Part shown: one piece after another, positions 13,396-24,720 of the stretch | How the letters are laid out: each line of letters starts with the position of its first letter | Position numbering within the stretch: position 1 is the stretch's first letter | Assembly: GCF_902652985.1 (NCBI RefSeq) | Contig: NC_047025.1 | Location: forward strand, 17,298,001-17,362,000 | Source of the DNA: Pecten maximus | Taxonomy: Eukaryota | DNA length: 64,000 nucleotides | Direction: 5' to 3' | The notes under the pieces: model-generated | Seen by the model: the letters and a program-made list of their open reading frames with translations, nothing else | The model's database searches: none | What the model was told of the DNA's origin: nothing | Translations under genes and position numbers: made by a program

Positions 13396-14105
13396 TGTTT
13401 TAGACTCATCATTTTTTTTTATCAAAATAATGAAAGATTGAAGCAGTTTGGTAAGCATGAATCAAACAACCTCTTAACTATGGTCATCCTGGTAAATGAT
13501 ATCTGATTCAAAAGATTTCATGGCCCAAAAAGTCTATCCAAGTATTGCATATCATTTAAAAAACTGTCCGTGCATTAGCGAGATCATCGTAAGGAAACAA
13601 TTCTTCTTGTTCAGCGGTTTGTGGATAAACAATGGACCATATTACCAAGATCAATGCGTAGCCGTGTCAATCTCGTAATTTCCTTTCTGGATTGGAAAAT
13701 ATTAACATGATGAAGTCATTGACCAATCATTTAGATATAAATATTTCTAAACACATGAGGTAAACAAGGATGTGACCATTGTTAGTGGACCTTTACACGT
13801 TTAAGTAAGTTAAACTTATTACACAGTACCAGACGTGTTATTTAAGCATTGATCTTGGTAATATGGTCCATTGTTTATCCACAACCCGCTGAACAAGAAG
13901 AATTGTTTCCTTACAATGATCTCGCTAATGCACGGACAGTTTTTTAATGATATGCAATACTTAGATAGACTTTTTGGGCCATGAAATATTTTGAATCAGA
14001 CATTATTTACCAGGATGACCATAGTTAAGAGGTGGTTTGACTCATGCTTACCAAACTGCTTCCATCTTTCATTATTTTGATCAAAAAAATGACGAGTCTA
14101 AAACA
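13396..14105. mobile_element. Foldback/MITE with ~260-bp inverted arms
   Basis: 13396-13657 is the near-exact reverse complement of 13846-14105, with a spacer of about 190 bp. Confidence 0.85.
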
Positions 14106-15650
14106 TTTATGTTATATTTGACCTACTTTTTAACATTTCTTCGTGGCTTCAATACCAATACATGACAATTCCACACAGGAGAAGGTACAGTGTTTGACCT
14201 ACACTTGGTACCGAGCTTAACAATACCTATCGCCCATGTTCGAGGATCTATGGCAGATGGCTACAATGTAAGAATAAGACAACTCCTTTCGCCGGTGGTC
14301 TCTCGTTTATTTTCCTTTTCACATATTCACCAATTCAGCGGCTCAACAGGGCAGGCTATATTTAGAGGTTAAAATAACTACTATAACGCACTCTATTACA
14401 ATTGTTGCGGTCTCCTTATGTCACTCTGAGGATTGAAGTATTCTATTACATAGATAACATCCCGGTAAGTAATGAAGGGTGATGCATATTTTATTTATTG
14501 GTCTATCCCTTTATTATTGTCCAAACAAAATTCAAAAGTTTGTTTAATGAAATACAACGCTGTTGATATCAATACCAGCCTACTGGGGTACATTTACTAT
14601 CAGGTGACTACTATTTTCAAAGAAATGGTGAAAAGTAAAGCTAAAATGCGCCATGTAACCATTTCAGGGGTTCTGCCTCCCAAAGGAGGTATTGCATAAT
14701 TTGCAATATTACATACATAATAATTAATTCTTGTTACTTGATCAATGTTGCACAAACTCGAATTTGGTTGATATGAAAACACATGTACAATTAAACAGTT
14801 GGAATTACCATTTATAGTACTGGCAACGAAAGTTTTCTGAAATATCTCTAGATGATTATGAAGAAGTATCAATAGCCTAAATAATCATACATTCTGTTTA
14901 TTGTAACAACTTTCCCGAGTATTGCCTTTTCGCACATTTTGTCCTAAAACGTACTGACCAATTAGAATCGAGCAATGGTCCTGTTAATTATTAATCGATG
15001 ACACTCGTCTTTACACAATACCTTGGCATTAGTATGTAAAGCAAACACTAGTATGTAACGCAAACACTAAGTACATAGTTCAAATGAAGTACCGGTATAC
15101 ATACAGAAGAAATAACATATTTTTCGAAAACATCGCCTGAGAATTACAACTGCATGGCACATTAAAATATTACCTGATATACATATGTATAAAGACACGA
15201 GGATAAATTATCTTTCTCTACATTTACGAGCCAATGTATTACCTGCAATTGATTGTTATACGTTTAATATTGTTCTAATCTTTCTCTTAACTTTCTATTG
15301 TAGTCATGTCCTATGAGCATGCACCATTGGGTATATGGATTAGAAGAGTGAAAAAATCTTTTTTCGGAAATTTGCTCGATATTTGTTCCGGTCAGTCCAA
15401 CATTGCAGTAGTTTTTGTCTATCCGATCACTATATTACACAAGTGAAGCCAAGAAAGCATACATTTAAGGATTTCAAAAAGATCCATAAAGTATTTTTTG
15501 AGAAAGACTAATAACAGAGAAATATTGGAGATGAAAGACGGACAGAGTGATTTAAACATAACAGAATATGGGATTGAGCTAAAACTACGAATGGTCCCAA
15601 AATGATGGGCAACGAAGAGGGATAGCCGGATTTATTGATAATAGTAATAA

Positions 15651-18600
15651 TCACGTTGTCGAACTGTCCTCATTAATAGTTACATATGTATTTGGTCCTG
15701 TAAGTTGATAGTTCAACGACTTATAGTGTACAATGTCCTTAACTCGTGTTACATGTACTGTATCGTATAACTCTTCTACAACAGGAGGAATACGCTCGAA
15801 TCCTGCAAGGTCGGCAATCTCGTCATTATAACGCCATTGAAGGGTGCCCATATGGTGCGCGTGTCGTTCTGGCATGCCCCTTTCTAACCTATTCCGGAAG
15901 TCCTTATCCGTGTCAGCATCCATCTCCTCACGTCCTGGTAGTGTCATACTGCCGTCTAAGGTTGCAATCACAAACAGAACCTGATTGTGAAAGTTTGGAA
16001 AAGGACAAATGGTCTTCAGAATTCCAAGTAAAGACAAAGTTGGGTATTCCGTGTGAACAAGGTGCTTGTAAAGGGGTACGATACGTTCATGTTCAGTTTT
16101 CACCTGACACTCTGGTGACAGGAAAGGGAAACTGAACCTATAACCGGTACAGAACATAATAGCGTCCACTGTCACTTCTTCGTCATCTTCAAACACAACT
16201 GTTTGTTCCGTGACGTGTTTTATTCCTGGTTTCTGCACAAGATTATCGGGGAGATATGTCTGTAAATCAGGTTTTCTGTGACACATGTAAACCTGAAACA
16301 GATATACCAATATGTCACCTAGATTGTAAAGTTACATGTCATATTGTTATTAAGATGATCATCTTGATTTTCCATTATAATAATCAGCAGAGTTATCGTT
16401 TTTATAACTTTAATATGTCACGGGGTGTAAATATATCGATTAACTTGTTAAAGGTAAAAAGGACTTCCCCAGTACATATTTTATCATTACCCCTTGTGGT
16501 TCCGTTGTCATAAGCCCGGTTCTCAAATTGAGGCCGTGATATATCTTTGATTTGATCTAGATTGGTTGGCGTCGTCAGTGAAGCAAATTAGTAGAACATT
16601 TTTAACTATTCCCCTTGACGAAATTTTCAAGAAAAGGTGAAGGATTCCTTCGCTCATATTTTGGCCTAGTTTCATTTATTTTGAATTCACATTACGTCTT
16701 TGTTCAAACCTCAGTATTCTCTTGTAAGTTCAATGTCATTCAGTTAGTGATACATATTATAGCATCCCTAGTGTTTTTTAACGAAAACAAGAAAATCTCG
16801 ACACTCGGAAATAATATCCGTTACCCGATTCGGAATGCCAGGTCCTATAGTTGAGATTGATAATGTTACTATCACTAAGAAGTGTTCCATCATCAAATTG
16901 TTATGAGGAGAACGTGGCAGATTATTATGTAATACACTGAGAAAGTACCTGTTTAGCAGCAGACGACACGTCTACACTGATGTCTTGACCAGACGCCGCA
17001 GCACCCAGACACACAACACGCTGTCCCTCAAATTCGGACGGATAACGGTAATCATGACTGTGCAATACTTTACCACGGAAAAGATCTAGTCCGGGAATCG
17101 CTGGTATAAGTGGTACAGAGTAATGGCTGAAAAACAAGAGATATTTGTTATTTTTATGTAACAAAGGCCCTGCAAATCCTTCGATTTGAGAATGTGACTT
17201 AACCTAGGATTTGACCGAGATTTGCCTGTTTGGTGTCATCGATGAAACAGTTTTCTAAAAAGAACCAAATCATATCCACTTCCTGATAATACAATGATTG
17301 TTTACCGTATATCTATGTTATAGTGTTACTGTGATTTATTACATTTTTACAAGTGAAATATTAAAAATAATTTTCTTGATATTTTTCAATAGTTAAAAAT
17401 ATCACTTGTTCTGATTTGTCCAATCAAAGCACTGCTTACAAATGACAATGGGAGAACTTTAAAGCTTCACCGGTAGACTTTGCTATAAAATGTAATACAT
17501 GTAAACAGAATATCCAACAGTATCTTCAGTAATACCAAATATGTTTCACTTATGTGGCTAACATTTTGATATTTTAAAATATATTTTCAAAATAAAGTAT
17601 TAGAATATTGGTCCCATTCTTGAAATGTATTTGGCAGTACTGAAGTCACTGTTAGATACCCCCTACATAAGCTTAAAGTGTAAAGTACAACGCCTAATAT
17701 TTACAGTTGCGTTGCATTGTCACTAAATGAAGCTTGTTATTAAGCTTTGTTATTAATTTTCGATAATTACGCAGATGAATAGACTTGTGCATCAATAATA
17801 GGCGGGCACGTTACGCACGTGTCAAAGTATAACTGCGCAGTGGTAAATCATGATTTTATGTAACACGATCAAAGAAATATTTATCAAAATATTCATTAAT
17901 GATGAATTGTTAATTCACAAAATTAAAAGGTAATGTCTTTTTTTTTTTTTTTTTTTTATATTTATAATGTAATAGTTTAATAAGTATTATAAAACAGGCT
18001 GATGGCATTGTTTTCTTTCTGTACTAATTTGTTTCGTGTCTGTCGTCAATGACACCGCGGCAGTGTCATCTAGTGTTTTCCAATTAATTTGGCTGTTTTA
18101 CTAAACTGACCGCTGTTCCTACCACGTGCATAATGTGATTTTTTCTGTTTTTAAATGTCATTGCGATCAAGTGCAAAAAGAAAGATTTCTTTATTTTTTG
18201 TAACTGTATATTGCTTGTTGCGAGCAATCCTTAAACTGACGTTTGTACTTACCCATTACAAACCATGACAGCATCAAACGTTTCTGTGACAGGCGTTAAA
18301 TCAGAGTCTGTCAGGGTCTTGTATGTCACCTGCCATGTAACATTGCTGTGTGGTTTCTGGGGGTGAACCGAATTAACTGTCGTGGAAAACTGAAATTTGA
18401 TATATGGTATTTTTATCAATTCAGTTAAATATTGTGTTTTGTTTGTAAGTCGACCTCCATTCCTCAAACAAGGCATAATGTACTCGAGTTTCGACCACTA
18501 AATCACTTAGTTAATTTGAATTCTTGAGCCGAGTATGGTGGGGAAATGTTGATCTTTGACTGTTTATTCTAATTAAGAAAACGATCTAGAGGTCATATCA

Positions 18601-21600
18601 AATGAATAATACACACTATTAAATATTAACGTAAAGTTTCATTTCACGTAAAACGTGGTACTCCGCTGACACAAGATTTCACCTGAAAAATTAGCAATAC
18701 CTTATCATACATCATACCTACAGAAATGGTTTTTAAATGAAGCATTAACAAAAACAAAATACAATTTAACAAAAACAATAAAAATTGCAGCTTCACCGAA
18801 AACTCTTAAGTCGATAAAGATTGCTAACTTGCCTTTATATATTTCAACAAATCAAAGCGATCTGCATAACTTTCGAGGTATTCTAACATATCTTCGTGTC
18901 GTACGAAGGATGGCAGATCCTTCCGGAAGGGGAAATCAGGGAAACGCCATCACTTCTTTTGGAAGGTTTGTCCTGATGAACAAAGAATCGGCAATAAATA
19001 ATGATATAGTCAGGCACAGAATCTTTCATGCTTAATGTCAATACCAATATTGATATTCAGGCAGAGAAACGTTCACGACATTCGTCAACATAATGATATA
19101 ACCAGACCGAGAATTGCTCTATCCTTTCGTCAGCATTATTAGTACATGGACAGGCAGAGAATCAATCATGACTTTTGTCAATATAATGATATAGCCAGAC
19201 AGAGAAATGTTCGTACCTTTCATCAACACACTGATATAGTCAGGTGAAGAATCGTACTTTCGCTGATATACTGATATGGCCAGACAGAGAAACGTTCATA
19301 ACTTTCGTTAATTTACCGATACATATAAATACAACCGTGTGATATCCTTGATAATACGTACTTCAACGTTAAATCGAGCTCTTCCTATTAGGAGCCTCTC
19401 CGAACCAAATATAATATTTACAATACATACTAAAGACACTAGACACTTAGTAAACATTCATGACAAGTCGTGATACAAACACTTATTACAGCAAATTTTT
19501 CGAGTTTTTCGTCGTTTATTCTCTTAAATACGTTACTGATATGCAAAAGAAACACAAGTTGTATTTTGGTAGTAATTTTTGATATTTCTGTCAAAAATTC
19601 CGTTAAGTAGCATATCTATCTTGGATAATACAGTTAATTAAGCGCTAGCGAGGTATACCCATTGGAATTTCCGACTTCAATAACAAATATGACTGTTCTG
19701 CAAATCACGACTCTTTCGAATGACATCGCCGTTGCGTTGGAAACGCGTTGCGATGTCGCGGAAGAATTGAGAATTACGCTTCTGCGCAGTATTTAGACTT
19801 TGCCTAGGATTGTGTATCCCTCGTGACGTATTTATTGGTTTCCTTGCAAACCACATGAACCGGTCCTGACGAGGAATAGTAGCCTTCGGTCGGCAAGTTC
19901 AAGGGCGTTCGGTAGTTGTACCAGTTATTGTGATTATATAGACATTTGATGTTGTTGTCACAGTATTTTGGGAGTTTCCAGCCAATAGTTACTGCACTGT
20001 TCTGTTATTACATCATTAGTAAGTCTAGTCATTATTACGCCATCACGAACCAATTTATGTAGATACCAGAAGACCTGGGACGTCTTAACGTGACCACGCA
20101 TATCGATGCTTGTGCATATAAGGGGTAAGAATTGAAGTATCGCGAACACGAGAGCGCATATTGTGGAAGAGTTTAATTAGCAGGGATATCGACGGTGAAA
20201 TAGTTTAAAAGTACAGCATTATAAAACAAGAGTCCCAATGGGCCTGTATCGCTCACCTGCTATTAATACAACTTAGAAGCTGATAAACGCCATTCATATG
20301 GCTGTTCAGCTGAATACCTACTCATTTAACAAATGTGAGAGAAGGCCAAGAGTATTGATTTCAGCAATTTTGTAGCCCTTCATACCAGCTTGATCTTGGT
20401 CCATATCACGGGCCCAGCTCTCTTGCATTTTCACAAAGTTAACATCTATGCGTGACTAACTTATATGATACCTGCAGAACTGGGACGCCTAAAAAGTGGC
20501 CACGTGTATTGGTGCTTGTGCAAAACAGGGTACATAATGACGTTCCGCGAACACAAGACCGCGTATTGTGACAGACTTTAATCAATCGCGAACCGGCGAT
20601 GAATATGTACGAAAGCATGCTATTCAACACGGATAATATTAATTTATTATATACAGGGATAGGCTCGTACGTATGTAACCAAACGACGTCCTCGCTCTAC
20701 TGACTTCATTAAAGATCCAATTTCCCACGAAACTCCATACACTTACAACCATCATCTCTTGTACGAGTTCGCGTTTCAGCCACATAGCGTCAACAATGAG
20801 GCCATTGTTACTATAAATAGATTCCCATGTCCTTGATCTACCGACTTTATCAATTTGCTCATAGTCCTGGAACTTGATGGACTTAATCATCACCGTCATT
20901 TTTTGGGTAAATTTGGCTTTCAGTCTCTTTGGGTCATAACTGAGTCCTACTATCGGCTAGTCTGCTACTATGAATAGGTGTTCGATGTCCTCACTTAACC
21001 AACTTCATTAATTACATTTGATTGTCCTCAAAATTCGTACATTTCTGCATTCAATCGTACTATAAACAAATTCCCATCGTCCTCGCTTGAACAACTTCTT
21101 TAATCGTCTGATATGTATAGTTCTAGCACTCCAAACTCTTACCCACAATTCTATCTTTTGTTATGATATTTAGTAGTGTTTTCCTGAGCGACATTCTGAC
21201 ATTAGACAATGCTTACCATCTTTTATTGCGTATTGGTCAATGTTGAATAGAGAGGAGATTCGTATCGAGATGTCTTGTTGATATTGTAAAATGATGGACA
21301 TTTAAGCGTGGCTGTGTTTCTCGTGGTATCCGTATGTATCTCACGTATCACTGGTCCAAACATTGGTTTGGTTTATTTTGTTTAACGTCCTATTAACAGC
21401 TAACTGGTCCAAGCATAACTGTACTTACTTAAGGTTTCTGTACATACTGGAGTGTATGGGGAGGCCATGGTCATCCACGCCAGTCTGGTCAGTATAAATC
21501 CATGTACCACCAAGACGACTGTTCTGTTCGAAGCACACTGCCTGGAACTGTGGTTGTCTAGTGGTGAGATGCCGCAAAGCACACAGACCAGCTGCCCCGG

Positions 21601-21628
21601 CTCCTATCACGGCCACCCGGATCGTCAT
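15651..21628 (-). CDS. Flavin-containing monooxygenase paralog B (~431 aa); one extra base in exon 2 as assembled; intron 2 is GC-AG
   Basis: Exons 21628-21429, 18972-18833, 18389-18253, 17126-16949 and 16292-15651. Motifs: GAGAAG, VCNGHY, FRGKVLHSHDYR, GAAASG and FCTGY. Exon structure matches paralog A. Exon 2 is 140 nt versus 139 nt in A. Confidence 0.92.
19000..19320. repeat. Degenerate ~50-bp repeat in FMO-B intron 1 next to the exon 2 acceptor
   Basis: Recurrent GATATAG[TC]CAG[GA]CAGAGAA...TTTCGTCAA. Confidence 0.65.
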
Positions 21629-22079
21629 CACTACGGCTCTCAGGGCGTACAATATTTCCTTTGATAACAAAAAGTATTGAGAAATTCCAGTTAGATATAT
21701 CGATCAACTAAACTAAAGTGCTTTCTCCGAATAAAAAACCCATCACATTGTATGACACTATGAAGTGTATGATGCCAATGGGGGTGTTAAACCTTAAATG
21801 GTAACACCATTGCCATCATTGTCCAGCGAAATCTGGCATAACAATGGGTTTGGGAAAATGAGGCAATGGGACCTGGAATAAAGCTGACAGTAAGAGCAAT
21901 GTCAAATGAAAAGCGAACATTATATTGAGGTTTTACACCACTGACAACGATTATTTGGCACGTGAATAAGCATACATAGATTAGTCACGTGATCCTTTAC
22001 ACGTGTTTGATCACAAGTCTAGCTAGCTGTGTGCTCTGGTTATTGCTAGGCTAATACCATAATCGCTAGTCACACACAA

Positions 22080-23020
22080 TGTAGATTATTTTGGGGAAAA
22101 CGGGGGAAATTGGTATAAACCAATGTTAAAATCTAATTAATCATTAATCCTATAACCTTATCAATATGGTGTTTTGGGATATTGGATCATTTTAAAGAAC
22201 GCGAAATAGATTTATGTATTCTGAAGTCGTCTTTTTCTTAATGTATCAGTAGTTTATATATATTTGAGTTAGGTTGGGTATTCTCCTGTGTGTACGTTAA
22301 TTAGGCTATAGCGAACTCCTAAATCACTTATATTATATATGAAGAGTCAGATCTTGTATTTTTATTTTCTGGGTCTGATTTTGGATTGATTGTATGTAAT
22401 CAACCAGCTGTCTTACGTCTCAATGGCATTGGTGATTGGTCTATTTAAGCTACTGGCAACATCTCTATCTTTGCTTGGCGTCCTTGGAACTGCAAATATC
22501 AAAGGTTCCGAACCGCTCCACTGTGAACTCCTCGGATTTTATTCGTGGTTCAGACCATGGACTGGATTACCGACCTTATCGTCAAACTCTGTACTCGGCT
22601 ACGCTCTTTGTACTAATGCAGATGATGACGAACATCTTGGTCAGGACCTGACCGAACGAGCGCCAATTGGTTAATACGACCAGGAAATCGTTACCTTGTC
22701 AATATCGGAAACGTTTTTGAGATGAAGGGTAAGTGTGTAGATTTTTTTCCACTAAACACAAGAAAAGTAGAGTATTGGCCATGTGATGCTGAACTACATA
22801 GGAGTAATTGCAACAGGTAGAATTCGTTTCTCCCCGTTAAAACTCCCAGAGATAATCTTAGCAAGGAATATCCCCGTAGTGTATATACATGTAACTCTTA
22901 CAAGCTCAAAATAGTGGGCATTTCCCTTTATGTCCGCTCGGAGGTCGTTAGTTCAAACCCCAGCGGGGACAGTGTATTTTATCATCACTCTGTGTGTTAC
23001 AGATTTGGTGCCGTTGACTA
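22080..23020 (+). mobile_element. Probable LTR of an LTR retrotransposon followed by a tRNA-His-like primer-binding site
   Basis: ...TGTTACA (23001) is followed by GATT and TGGTGCCGTTGAC (23006-23018), close to the tRNA-His PBS TGGTGCCGTGAC. The left TG boundary at about 22080 is tentative. No intact gag/pol follows. Confidence 0.45.
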
Positions 23021-24720
23021 CTCCAAGTGTTCGCGTTGCTCCAGGATTTGAGCGATTACTGTCTCGGGATGGGGGAAGACACCGTGCCTCATGACATGAC
23101 TGTGATCAATGAACAATTCCGTACAGGACAAGTTATACTTCGTCCCGGGCGACTCCGGGGTACCAGGTGTACATACATACGCCGGTCTATGTTAGTGGGA
23201 CAGATGTAGAGAAAGTATGTTGGACGGTATACTGTGGAGAGTCATGTCTTGAGAAACTTGAAGAGGATGGGTGGGGTATTGTTTAATGTGAAGGGAATAT
23301 ATAATGATACAATGTCTGTATCTGCAAGAGAGGGGATAAACTGTTTCAGATTGCACACTCATCTGTCCAGCGTTTAGAGACTGGAGTGCTGCCATGCGGT
23401 ACTTTTGAAGCTACTCTCTAGAGACATTTCGTGTTTTTCGCTGGACAGATGAGTGTCCGCGGCGACTAAATGAAATCCGACTAATTCCCGATGTTTTGTG
23501 ACGTCTAGTGATAGTTCTATGACTATATATATAGTTAATTATATACCAAATTAAAGGGGGAACATTTGTCTGTCGATTGAGACCATTACCAGCGGCACAT
23601 ATTCGATGGTTTGTCTACAATTACAATTTTCCTGAAATTAGGTGGTTTATCTATGCCGATCGAGTTATTGACATTGATTATATATTGGATGTATTGACAG
23701 ACGAGGCTAGGACCTGTGTGTCATTTGTCAAAATAGCCCGACACCAGCCTTGGACATTCAGACAGCTTTGGCTCCGACACCAGCCCTGGACTGACAGAAC
23801 AGCTGTCAGAATGTCTTAGTATGATATTAGAGGCTTAGAGCCATTGTAAAAACTGTAAGATTAGCATGGCACTTAGGCAGGCCAGTACTAACATGCCCCT
23901 TATCATAAATATGTAACAGTCTGTCCGTATTCAACTGATCGATGTGAAGATTGTAAACAAGATAAAATCTATTATCCGGGGTACAGGCACAATTTGAACT
24001 TTAACTGGGGTTGGGTTTTCAGTTGACTACCATGCAGGTGATAGGTCCACAACTCACGAAAACTTGAAATAATCAATACTGTTTTCATATGCCATAAATA
24101 AAGGTCCGATTTGGGTACTGTCACCTTTGACCTTATTGTTGCCTTTGACCTTGTTGTCACCTTTGACCTTATTATATAGACAAGATCGACTGTTCACAGT
24201 CAACAGTGATCAAAGTGACAAGTACAGTGAGTGGGTCTAGCCAGAAATATATATATATATAGTCAATGTCACTACTTCAAGTCAAATTGGAAAGTGAAGC
24301 TTATAAATATATACGAATGAAAGGCCAGGACAATTATACGTACTGACTACAGTATTACCTACCCATATAAATATTACTCTTCCGGTGTTGTGTAATGGTT
24401 CCAACTACTCGATACGAGTAATATTTGTTAGGAAACAAATACAACAGTTATGTTGTCGATGCTAGAATTCTTTATAATTAATATAGAGAAGAATCTACAT
24501 ATAAAGAAAAAACATAGGTAGAGTTAAAATAATAATTCAGACCGGATTTTCTCCCCGGCAAATTCAACAGGCGAGTCGACACTTTCTCGTGTTAAGTACT
24601 ATTTTCAATGGCGGCCTCCATGTGTCGATGCATGACAATGCGTTTGTTTACATGACGTGTTTAATACTTTCAAGTGCCTACTGCTTATATTGATTTTTAA
24701 TTAAATAGTACTGCATTAAC

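Noticed and set aside
7330-21628. Calling both FMOs pseudogenes
   Set aside because: Each has only one +1 base at a site explainable as merged synonymous alleles, all motifs and splice sites are intact, and TPX2 shows the same kind of defect.
20639-22674. ORFs 20639-20899 (-) and 22390-22674 (+)
   Set aside because: No recognisable domains or supporting exon structure. One is intronic and the other lies inside a probable LTR.
22930-22972. tRNA-like B-box (GTTCAAACC); similar heads at 31372 and 34300
   Set aside because: No complete cloverleaf. These are parts of LTR or SINE sequences.
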